From: Torpedo marmorata
Lineage: Eukaryota
DNA length: 64,000 nt
Direction: 5' to 3'
Assembly: GCA_977017645.1 (NCBI GenBank)
Contig: CDRNVU010000047.1
Location: 310,001 to 374,000 of the forward strand
Part shown: positions 53,301 to 64,000 of the stretch, piece after piece
Position numbering within the stretch: the first letter of the stretch is position 1
How the letters are laid out: every line of letters starts with the position of its first letter
Notes under the pieces: model-generated
The model's input: the letters and a program-made list of their open reading frames with translations, nothing else
Database searches by the model: none
Told to the model about the DNA's origin: nothing
Made by a program: the position numbers and the translations under genes

Positions 53301-56300
53301 CACCCCTCCTCACTGTCTCCACCCTCCTCCTCATTGTCTCAACCCCCTCCTCACTGTCTCCACCCTCCTCCTCACTGTCTCCACCCTCCTCCTCACTGTC
53401 TCCACCCTCCTCCTCACTGTCTCCACCCCTCCTCACTGTCTCCACCCTCCTCCTCACTGTCTCCAACCCCTCATCACTGTCTCCACCCCCTCCTCACTGT
53501 CTCCACCCCTCCTCACTGTCTCCACCCTCCTCCTCACTGTCTCCACCCCTCCTCACTGTCTCCACCCTCCTCCTCACTGTCTCCACCCTCCTCCTCACTG
53601 TCTCCACCCCTCCTCACTGTCTACACCCCCTCCTCACTGCCTCCACCCTCCTCCTCACTGTCTACACCCTCCTACTCACTGTCTCCACCCTCCTCCTCAC
53701 TGTCTACACCCTCCTCCTCACTGTCCCCACCCTCCTCCTCACTGTCTCCACACTCCTCCTCACTGTCTCCACCCCCCTCACTGTCTCCACCCTCCTCCTC
53801 ACTGTCTCCACCCTCCTCCTCACTGTCTCCACCCCCTCCTCACTGTCTCCACCCTCCTCCTCACTGTCTACACCCTTCCTCACTGTCTCCACCCTCCTCC
53901 TCACTGTCTCCACCCCTCCTCACTGTCTCCACCCTCCTCCTCACTATCTACACCCTCCTCCTCACTGTCTCCACCCCTCCTCACTGTCTCCACCCCACCT
54001 CACTGTCTCCACCCTCCTCCTCACTGTCTCCACCCTCCTCCTCACTGTCTCCACCCTCCTCCTCACTGTCTCCTCCCTCCTCCTCACTGTCTCCACCCTC
54101 CCCCTCACTGTCCCCACCTTCCTACTCACTGTCTCCACCCTCCTCCTCACTGTCTCCACCCTCCTCCTCACTGTCTCCACCCTCCTCCTCACTGTCTCCA
54201 CTCTCCTCCTCACTGTCTCCACCCTCCTCCTCACTGTCTCCACCCCTCCTCACTGTCTCCACCCTCCTCCTCACTGTCTCCACCCTCCTCCTCACTGTCT
54301 CCAACCTCCTCCTCACTGTCTCCACCCCTCCTCACTGTCTCCACACCCCTCCTCACTGTCTCCTCCCTCCTCCTCACTGTCTCCACCCTCCTCCTCACTG
54401 TCTCCACCCTCCTCCTCACTGTCTCCACCCTCCTCCTCACTGTCTCCTCCCTCCTCCTCACTGTCTCCACCCTCCTCCTCACTGTCTCCACCCTCCTCCT
54501 CACTGTCTCCACCCTCCTCCTCACTGTCTCCACCCTCCTCCTCACTGTCTCCACCCTCCTCCTCACTGTCTCCACCCTCCTCCTCACTGTCTCCACCCTC
54601 CTCCTCACTGTCTCCACTCTCTTCCTCACTGTCTCCACCCTCCTCCTCACTGTCTCCACTCTCCTCCTCACTGTCTCCACCCCCTCCTCACTGTCTCCAC
54701 CCTCCTCCTTACTGTCTCCACCCCCTCCTCACTGTCTCCACCCTCCTCCTCACTGTCTCCACCCCCACCTCACTGTCTCCACCCTCCTCCTCACTGTCTC
54801 CACCCTCCTCCTCATTGTCTCCACTCTCTTCCTCACTGTCTCCACCCTCCTCCTCACTGTCTCCACCCTCCTCCTCATTGTCTCCACTCTCTTCCTCACT
54901 GTCTCCACACTCCTCCTCACTGTCTCCACTCTCCTCCTCACTGTCTCCACCCTCCTCCTCACTGTCCCCACCCTCCTCCTCACTGTCTTCACCCCCTCTT
55001 CACTGTCTCCACCCCTCCTCACTGTCTCCACCCTCCTCCTCACTGTCCCCACCCTCCTCCTCACTGATTACAACCCCTCCTCAGTGTCTCCACCCTCCTC
55101 CTCACTGTCTCCACCCTCCTCCTCACTGATTACAACCCCTCCTCAGTGTCTCCACCTCCTCTTCACTGTCTCCACCCTCCTCCTCACTGATTACAACCCC
55201 TCCTCAGTGTCTCCACCCTCCTCCTCACTGTCTCCACCCTCCTCCTCACTGATTACAACCCCTCCTCAGTGTCTCCACCTCCTCTTCACTGTCTCCACCC
55301 TCCTCCTCACTGATTACAACCCCTCCTCACTGTCTACACCCTCCTCCTCACTGTCTCCACCCCCTCCTCACTGTCTCCACCATCCTCCAAACTGTCTCCA
55401 CCCTCCTCCTCACTGTCTCCACCCTCCTCTTCACTGTCTCCACCCCCTCCTCAATGTCTCCACCCTCCTCCTCACTGTCTCCACCCCTCCTCACTGTCTC
55501 CACCCTCCTCCTCACTGTCTCAACCCTCCTCCTCACTGTCTCCACCCTCCTCCTCACTGTCTCCACCCTCCTCCTCACTGTCTCCACCCTCCTCCTCACT
55601 GTCGCCACCCTCCTGCTCACTGTCTCCACCCCCTCATCACTGTCTCCACCCCCTCCTCACTGTCTCCACCACCTCCTCACTGTCTCCACCCTCCTCCTCA
55701 CTGTCTCCACCCCTCCTCACTGTCTCCACCCTCCTCCTCACTGTCTCCACCCTCCTCCTCACTGTCTCCACCCCTCCTCACTGTCTACACCCCCTCCTCA
55801 CTGTCTCCACCCCTCCTCACTGTCTACACCCCTCCTCACTGTCTACACCCCCTCCTCACTGTCTCCACCCTCCTCACTGTCTCCACCCTCCTCCTCATTG
55901 TCTCCACCCCCTCCTCACTGTCTCCACCCTCCTCCTCACTGTCTCCACCCCCTCATCACTGTCTCCACCCCCTCCTCACTGTCTCCACCCCTCCTCACTG
56001 TCTCCACCCTCCTCCTCACTGTCTCCACCCCCTCCTCACTGTCTCCACCCCTCCTCACTGTCTCCACCCTCCTCCTCACTGTCTCCACCCCTCCTCACTG
56101 TCTACACCCCCTCCTCACTGTCTCCACCCTCCTCCTCACTGTCTACACCCTCCTACTCACTGTCTCCACCCTCCTCCTCACTGTCTACACCCTCCTCCTC
56201 ACTGTCTCCACCCTCCTCCTCACTGTCTCCACCCTCCTCCTCACTGTCTCCACCCCCCTCACTGTCTCCACCCTCCTCCTCACTGTCTCCACCCTCCTCC

Positions 56301-58740
56301 TCACTGTCTCCACCCTCCTCCTCACTGTCTCCACCCCCTCCTCACTGTCTCCACCCTCCTCCTCACTGTCTACACCCTTCCTCACTGTCTCCACCCTCCT
56401 CCTCACTGTCTCCACCCCTCCTCACGGTCTCCACCCTCCTCCTCACTATCTACACCCTCCTCCTCACTGTCTCCACCCCTCCTCACTGTCTCCACCACTC
56501 CTCACTGTCTCCACCCTCCTCCTCACTGTCTCCACCCTCCTCCTCACTGTCTCCCCCCTCCTCCTCACTGTCTCCACCCTCCTCCTCACTGTCCCCACCT
56601 TCCTACTCACTGTCTCCAACCTCCTCCTCACTGTCTCCACCCTCCTCCTCACTGTCTCCACCCTCCTCCTCACTGTCTCCACTCTCCTCCTCACTGTCTC
56701 CACCCTCCTCCTCACTGTCTCCACCCCTCCTCACTGTCTCCACCCTCCTGCTCACTGTCTCCACCCTCCTCCTCACTGTCTCCACCCTCCTCCTCACTGT
56801 CTCCACCCTCCTCCTCACTGTCTCCACCCTCCTACTCACTGTCTCCACCCTCCTCCTCACTGTCTCCACCCTCCTCCTCACTGTCTCCACCCTCCTCCTC
56901 ACTGTCTCCACCCTCCTCCTCACTGTCACCACCCTCCTCCTCACTGTCTCCACCCTTCCTCACTGTCTCCACCCTCCTCCTCACTGTCTCCACCCCCTCC
57001 TCACTGTCTCCACCCCTCCTCACTGTCTCCACCCTCCTCCTCACTGTCTCCACCCTCCTCCTCACTGTCTCCACCCTCCTCCTCACTGTCTCCACCCTCC
57101 TCCTCACTGTCTCCACCCTCCTCCTCACTGTCTGCACCCTCCTCCTCACTGTCTCCACCCTCCTCCTCACTGTCGCCACCCTCCTCCTCACTGTCTCCAC
57201 CCTCCTCCTCACTGTCTCCACCCTCCTCCTCACTGTCTCCACCCTCCTCCTCACTGTCTCCACCCCTCCTCACTGTCTCCACCCCTCCTCACTGTCTCCA
57301 CCCTCCTCCTCACTGTCTCCACCCTCCTCCTCACTGTCTCCACCCTCCTCCTCACTGTCTCCACCCTCCTCCTCACTGTCTCCACCCTCCTCCTCACTGT
57401 CTCCACCCTCCTCCTCACTCTCTCCACCCTCCTCCTCACGTTCTCCACCCTCCTCCTCACTGTCTCCACCCCTCCTCACTGTCTCCACCCTCCTCCTCAC
57501 TGTCTCCACCCTTCCTCACTGTCTCCACTCTCCTCCTCACTGTCTTCACCCCCTCCTCACTGTCTCCACCCCCTCCTCACTGTCTCCACCCCATCCTCAC
57601 TGTCTCCACCCTCCTCCTCACTGTCTCCACCCTCTTCACTGTCTCCACCCTCCTCCTCACTGATTACAACCCCTCCTCAGTGTCTCCACCTCCTCTTCAC
57701 TGTCTCCACCCCCTCCTCACTGTCTCCACCCTCCTCCTCACTGTCCCCACCCTCCTGCTCACTGTCTCCACCCTCCTCCTCACTGTCTCCACCCTCCTCC
57801 TCACTGTCTCCACCCTCCTCCTCACTGTCTCCACCCTCCTCCTCACTGTCTCCACCCTCCTCCTCACTGACTCCACCCTCCTCCTCACTGTCTCCAACCT
57901 CCTCCTCCTCACTGTCTGCTCCCTCCTCCTCACTGTCTCCACCCTCCTCCTCACTGTCTCCACCCTCCTCCTCACTGTCTCCACCCTCCTCCTCACTGTC
58001 TCCACCCTCCTCCTCACTGTCTCCACCCTCCTCCTCACTGTCTCCACTCTCCTCCTCACTGTCTCCACCCTCCTCCTCACTGTATCCACCCTCCTCCTCA
58101 CTGTCCCCACCCTCCTCCTCACTGGCTCCACCCCCTCCTCACTGTCTCCACCCTCCTCCTCACTGTCTCCACCCTCCTTCTCACTGTCTCCACCCCCTCC
58201 TCGCTTTCTCCACCCTCCTCCTCACTGTCTCCACCCCCTCCTCGCTTTCTCCACCCTCCTCCTCACTGTCTCCACCCCCTCATCACTGTCTCCACCCTCC
58301 TCCTCACTGTCTCCACCCTCCTCCTCACTGTCTCCACCCCCTCCTCACTGTCTCCACCCTCCTCCTCACTGTCTCCACCCCCTCCTCACTGTTTCCACCC
58401 TCCTCCTCACTGTCTCCACCCTCCTCCTCACTGTCTCCACCCACCTCCTCACTGTCTCCACCCTCCTCCTCACTGTCTCCACCCTCCTCCTCACTGTCTC
58501 CACCCTCCTCCTCACTGTCTCCACACTCCTCCTCACTGTCTCCACCCTCCTCCTCACTGTCTCCACCCTCCTCCTCAATGTCTCCACCCTCCTCCTCACT
58601 GTCACCACCCCCTCCTCACTGCCTCCACCCTCCTCCTCACTGTCCCCACCCTCCTCCTCACTGTCTCCTGCCCCCTCCTCACTGTCTCCACCCACCTCCT
58701 CACTATCTCCACACTCCTCCTCACTGTCGCCACCCTCTGC
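41330..58740. repeat. 21-bp C-rich minisatellite array, about 17.4 kb (roughly 830-870 units), with higher-order duplications
   Basis: Consensus CTCACTGTCTCCACCCTCCTC with 18-22-bp variants; diagnostic variants recur at about 3.4 kb and about 2.5 kb periods. Confidence 0.98.
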
Positions 58741-60290
58741 ATCTCCCCATCACTGAGTCCACCCTCTCCATCTTCTCCTCACTGTCTCCACCTTCGAACT
58801 CTCATTCGTCCCCCTCCACACGACCACTCTCTGACCTCGTCGCCACTTGCCCTGCCCTCCTCGTCTCTCACCTCCCCCTCTGTCTCCACCCTCCCCACCT
58901 TCAACATCCCGCTCACAGTCTCCACCTTCCCTAATCACCCACTTCCCCCTCACCCTACACATCTCCCCCCACCTCCTCACTATCTCCACCTTCCCACGTG
59001 CCACCTCCCACTCACCCTACAGATCTCCCACCACCCCTCACTATCTCCACCATCCCCATCTGCAACCTCTCGCTGTCTTCACCCTCCACCTCATTCCCAT
59101 CGCATATCCCATCTCCCCCTTTCTGCCTCCATCTGACCCATTCCTACCTACCCGTCAAAATTCACCCTGCCCATCTGGCACCTCCCCCTCACTATCTCCA
59201 AACAACCCTGCTCCCACGTCCCCATTATTGTCTCCACCCTTCCCGTCTCCCTCCTCCCAATGGCGGTCTCCACTCTCCCCTTGCTCTGTCTGCCCTCATC
59301 ATGTCCCAACACCCCATCACTGACTGACCCATCCCCATCTCCCACCTACACTCAGTCTCCATTATCCGCATGTCCACTTCCCGCTCATTGTATCTACTCG
59401 TCTCGTCTCCACATTCTCCTCATTTCACCGCACTCCCCATCTCCCACCTCCCCCTCACCGTCCCCATCTCCCACCTCCCCGTCACGTTCCACATCTCCCC
59501 CTCACCCTCCCCTTCTCCCACCTCCCCCTCACCATCCACACCTCCAACCTCCCACTCAGTCTCCACCTTCCCCACACTTTCCAATCTTCCCATCACTGTC
59601 TACACTCTCACGATCTCCTACTTCCACCATTCTGTCTTCACCCCATCTCCCAGCTCTGCCTCAGTTTCAATGTCACTTCACTCCAAGTCTGCCACCTCAA
59701 CCTCACTGTCCCCACCCTCGCCATCGCCCACCTCACCATACACCTTCTGCGTCTTAACCCATCCTCACAATATCCACCATCCTCTTCTCCCACCTACATC
59801 CACTTTCTCTATTCCCCCAGTCTTCCACTACCCTCTCACTATCTCCACTATCCCCGTCTCCCACCTCACCCCCATCATCACGACCTTCCATTGCTCCCAA
59901 CTCACCCTCACTGTCTCCTCCAACACCCTCCACAACCCCTCCATTTCCCCGCCTTCACTGTCTTCCTCCTCTACTTCCCCATCACCGACCCCTCTCCCCT
60001 TACAGTTTCCCACGCTCACCCTGTCCCAACACACCCCACTGACGTCACCATCCCCATTCCCCACCACCACTCTGTCCCCATTCTCCCCGTCTCCTGCTTC
60101 CCCCTCATTGTATCCACTCTCCTCGTCTCCACCCTCCCCAACTCAGTCATCACCATGCACTGCTCCACCTACCCGTCCAGATCTCCCACCTCCCTCTCAC
60201 TGGCTTCCCGATCTTGTACTCAGTACCATTGCCCTCCCCCCACCACGGACCACAACCAGGCCCTATGCCCGACCATGTCCCCTCCCCTGG
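58740..60290. repeat. Degenerate C/T-rich low-complexity flank of the array
   Basis: Scattered ctcactgtctcc/tctccacc motifs in otherwise non-periodic pyrimidine-rich sequence. Confidence 0.8.
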
Positions 60291-60299
60291 GAATAAATG

Positions 60300-61250
60300 T
60301 AACGCCTTCGCCCCCTCCTTCCCCGGGAGGGAGAATTTCCCAGGTTCCCAGCCGGCGAGAGCAGCATCCTCCTCCCCATGTGTGGACCGAGCTGAGGGGA
60401 GAATCGGTGGCTGATCCGGGTCCCGGGGGGGAGGCCTGGGGGTCGAGGTGGGTCCCGAGGGGGGTCGATGGTCCCTGAAGCGGGCGAGGATCCCAGGAAG
60501 GGGAAGAGAGTCCCGGGGAGGGGATGAAGGTCCCAGGGAGGGGACGCGGGTCCCGGGGAGGCGACGAGGGTCACGGGGAGGGGACGAGGGTCACGGGGAG
60601 GGGACGAGGGTCACGGGGAGGGGACGAGGGTCACGGGGAGGGGACGAGGGTCCCGGATGGGGGGGCGGTGCGATCCCTACACTGGGGCCTGCACCGAGCC
60701 GATGGGCCAAGCGGTCTCTTGCGCCTTCAAAATAAACCAGTGAACTCAACGAGTGCGACCGCAGAAACCGCCTCAGTCGCCGGCGGGGAAACCGGTCACG
60801 GACGCTGCAGGTTTCCCTCGGGACATTCGCTCCGCGTGTTGGTCCGGGCTCTGTCGAAAGTGACGCCCCCTTCGGCGGATCCGCCACTGCTACTGGGTAG
60901 AACCGCTGATTGACTGTCTCTGCCGCCAATGGGAACAAAGCAGCTCGCGCCACCCGCGTTCCCAGGTGGAGGGGCCGGATCAACGTGGGCGGGCGCGCGC
61001 TCGGCCATTGAACGTCCTCAGCACGTGTGAGACGTCGGAACCGCGATTGGGGGTTGTGGGCGGAGCTTGTGGTTCGTAGAGCTCATCGCCGGCTGCCCGG
61101 TGATTGACAGGCAGCAGATGGGGTGTGACGTCACGGGACCGCCGTGAATCTCCAGCGGGGGCGCTGCAGTGAAAAAGGGGCGAACCCAGAGTTACAGGTT
61201 CGATTCCCGCTCCAGCCCTGTGAAATTTCCAATGCAGGGTGTGCATATTT
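60300..61250. promoter_or_regulatory. CpG island with promoter motifs
   Basis: High GC and CpG; CCAAT about 60926, GC boxes about 60987 and about 61058, E-box CACGTG about 61022, CRE TGACGTCA about 61126. Confidence 0.65.
60520..60655 (+). repeat. 20-bp G-rich tandem repeat (about 6 copies)
   Basis: (GAGGGTCACGGGGAGGGGAC)n. Confidence 0.85.
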
Positions 61251-61574
61251 AAATTATCAATGCGAATTCTAGTCATATCCAGCCATTTAATGGTTCATGA
61301 TGAGCGAGGCGAGGAGAATTATAAATGTAGTTTAATCAGAGCCTTTCATGTGAACTGAGGAAAAAGCAGCAGCTCACTCGGCCCGACGAGACTGGCCCCA
61401 TCAATCATTTGGAACACGCCTGATGTGAAAAGCACCGTTCCACATCCCGGACCCACCCCGACCACTTCACCCCATTGCTCACGGAGTCACGGAGACCGAC
61501 AGCGCGGAATGAAACCCAGCTTGTCCGTCCCGAACCGGACAAGCAGGAACAACGGAAGGTGCTGGGAGACGGGG

Positions 61575-61830
61575 GCGACCCACAGAATGCTGGAGGTTTC
61601 CACCTTCTCATCCGGTCAGCATCCATGGTGCCAGGAGGCCGTGCAGGGCAGCAAGGAGCAGTGGACGTTTCGGGTCGAAACATCATCAGGAACCGGGCAG
61701 AAACCCAAATGAAACGACGGGGGAAGGGGGAGGGGAGCACGGGCTGGAGGTGGAAGTTGAAGACAGCTGGGAGGTGTACGAATCGGGGAAATAACCAAAA
61801 TAGGGGTAGATGTTGATAGAGGGGACTGAA
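61575..61830 (-). mobile_element. Penelope-like terminal repeat fragment
   Basis: cagaatgctggagg...gacgtttcgggtcgaaacatcatcagg followed by a G-rich tract; same layout as 10385-10650. Confidence 0.5.
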
Positions 61831-62092
61831 TCAACCGTCAGTGTACAGATATGCTCTGAGAGAGATGGACTCTCAGACAGTCATACGTAACAGCAGACAG
61901 TCGGTGAAAAAATTAAATGCGCCAGGGACCAGTTCCTTGACCACAACACACCATGGGGAAGCTGGTGGACTAGTGGGGTTGGGGGAAGTTGGCGGGCAAA
62001 TAGTGGGTATGGCCTGTGTGTGATGTAAAGCCGTTCGCGGAGTACTAGCCCGCAAGCCGATTGCATTGGTCTGGTGACTTAGAGGGGTGGAA

Positions 62093-62751
62093 TGTAATAG
62101 GAGGGTCATGTTACCTCTCCTTCAGTCAAACGATCATGAATGACTTCAGCTGCCAATCAAGGATGAGGCTGATGCGCTATTGGTCATCGCAGCTGTCGTA
62201 TGATTCGTCCTCCAGGTGCCAATCCATGGTGAGATCGGCCCACAGGTGAGGATGAAACTCCATAGGTCATTGCATATCACGTGGGCGGCCCCTGCATGAA
62301 ATGATAGCCCTCCACGTGGAGCAGTTCGGTCTCTTTGCTGCTCCCTCGAGTCCATCGAAAACGTCAAGACTGCGGGACGCGGTCGGCACCGGAGGGCGGC
62401 TGTGATGGGACTGTCCCGGATCCCGAGCCGAGGGTGACGCTGGACACGAGTGTCATGGTCCACACTTGTTTGTTGTAATTAGGTTACTGTTTATTGGTGT
62501 GCTGTGCCTGCTGGAGAGGGAGGGATGGTGGGCAATGTGTGTTGAACCGTCGTGTTCACAATCGGTAGTTGAGAATACTTAGCAGTGATTTGTTTAACCC
62601 GATGTGTCGTTATTTTCGTATTATTACTGTGAATATGTGTGTTCCCTTTTGTAAATTCCCCTGTGTGTAAATAAATGCGGTAGGTGAATAAACACACGTG
62701 TCCAACCTTGATTCTCTTTGAACCCGTCGAACCTATTCTCCTCATTACTCA
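62093..62751 (+). mobile_element. Candidate 3' LTR preceded by a PPT
   Basis: AGAGGGGTGGAA|TGTAATAGGAG ... AATAAA about 62687 ... CTCCTCATTACTCA. Confidence 0.45.
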
Positions 62752-62849
62752 TCCTTAACCCTCTCTTTTTCTGTCATCCATGTGCCTGTCCACCAGTCAT
62801 TTAAATGTTGCTATTGTACCAATCTCCATCGCCACCGCTGTCGGAAAAA

Positions 62850-63740
62850 TGTCACATTGTCGTGTTTTCGACAAAGTGTTTTATTTGTCTATTTTTAATA
62901 ATGTACATTCATCCTCTCTCTGTGCAAGACATTCCTTATTGCAATTTAAAGTAGTCCATAGGGCCCACTATTCGAAAGTTCAATTAGTTACATTTTACCC
63001 CAATATATCCTCTAAATGCGATAAGTGTACAACCCAGGAAGGTACTTTATATAATATGTTTTGGTTATGTCCCTCCCTTTGTATCTTATGGAAAGAGATA
63101 TTTAGTACACCATCTTTAATTTTTGTATATATATCTGTCCCCGAGCTCTATTATTGCTATTTTTGGAATGTGTGGACCAATGAACTTAATTTTGACTCCA
63201 TCTCAATCCCATGAAGTTGTTTTTGCTTCCCTGATTGCTGGAAGGCTAATTTTGCTGCGGTGGAAAGATGTTCTCTCTCACACGCATACACAATGGTTGT
63301 TGGATTTGATGGCATCCCTCTCTTCAGAGAAAATTAGGAGCTCAACTTCTAAAACGAGTATTAATGTTTTTCTCTTTGGGCTTCTTTTTTCAATTATTTT
63401 CAGAATTTATAGATCAATTAGTTTTGCTTGTTATTAAAACTCTTTTTATTTTTTTCTCTTTTTCTTCATTTCCTGAACTATTAGTATTGAAATTAATAGT
63501 TGACGCCTGGCTTAAATAGGTATCGCTCATACAATAGTTTGGGGTTAGAAATTAGATTAGTTGTCGATTTTATTTCTTTTTTATTTTCCTTTTTTTTCAA
63601 TAACATGGATCACATGTATCTTGTTTACCGTCGTTTAATGTCTGTAATTTTATTTTACTTTTACCTGAACTTTATATTGTATGTATCTATGTATTTGAAT
63701 TTTTTTTTCTCAAATACCAATTAAAAGATTGAAAATGAAA
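62850..63740 (+). mobile_element. L1 ORF2 C-terminal zinc knuckle and 3' UTR
   Basis: CARHSLLQFKVVHRAHYS, CDKCTTQEGTLYNMFWLC, LIAGRLILLRWK; A-rich end. Confidence 0.85.
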
Positions 63741-63749
63741 GTCTAAGCG

Positions 63750-64000
63750 TTTTCATTCTTCTCAATTTTATTTATTGATTTTTAAAACAAATAAGGTCAA
63801 ACAATACAGAGGCAGTCAGTGCAAGAGTATACAATAAGTACAATACAAGGATAATAATAAAGAAAATTATAATTACAAATGTCATTAAGTCCCCTCTCAG
63901 AAGTAATAATACAAGGAAAGAGCAATCAAGAATGGCCACATAAAACTGACATACCGCCAAAACATTGAAGGAAAGTAAAAAAAAAGAAAAGAATAAAAAA
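63750..64000 (-). mobile_element. L1-like 3' UTR/A-tail, tail-to-tail with the previous copy
   Basis: Minus strand is T-rich and ends aaatcaataaataaaattgagaagaatgaaa. Confidence 0.45.

Noticed and set aside
41330-58740. CACTGTC as a recombination signal heptamer, or the array as an Ig switch region
   Set aside because: No nonamer at 12/23 spacing, no AGCT clustering and no Ig/TCR segments nearby.
41018-58756. Very long ORFs (2514 aa, 1100 aa, 746 aa and others) as mucin/extensin-like proteins
   Set aside because: The 21-bp unit lacks stops in all frames. Frames switch freely at 19/20/22-bp variants, and there is no signal peptide, domain or splice evidence.
61150-61220. Complete tRNA gene
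   Set aside because: Only a T-arm/3' portion is recognisable; there is no A-box, D-arm or pairing acceptor stem.

Overview
Repeat-dense vertebrate DNA, most consistent with a cartilaginous fish (ray, skate or shark). That call rests on V-domain/HE1-type SINEs, abundant CR1, Rex1, Penelope and L1/Tx1 relics, and GPR139-like genes. The only host coding sequence I can support is a small cluster of two-exon GPR139/GPR142-like class A GPCR genes: one intact gene on the minus strand (32548-32479 + 27241-26343, 322 aa), one disabled exon 2 on the plus strand (36486-37449) and one orphan plus-strand exon 1 (5438-5492). About 104 near-identical 46-bp repeats fill most of the intact gene's intron. A 17.4-kb array of 21-bp units with kb-scale higher-order duplications occupies 41.3-58.7 kb and grades into a CpG-island promoter at 60.3-61.2 kb. 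Other elements are a BEL/Pao gag with an N-terminal SAP-like motif, an ERV pol/env/LTR relic, an L1 with an apparent twin-priming inversion, a bipartite non-autonomous LINE derivative and Penelope termini with decayed hammerhead cores. All family assignments come from motif recognition by eye; no database search was run.
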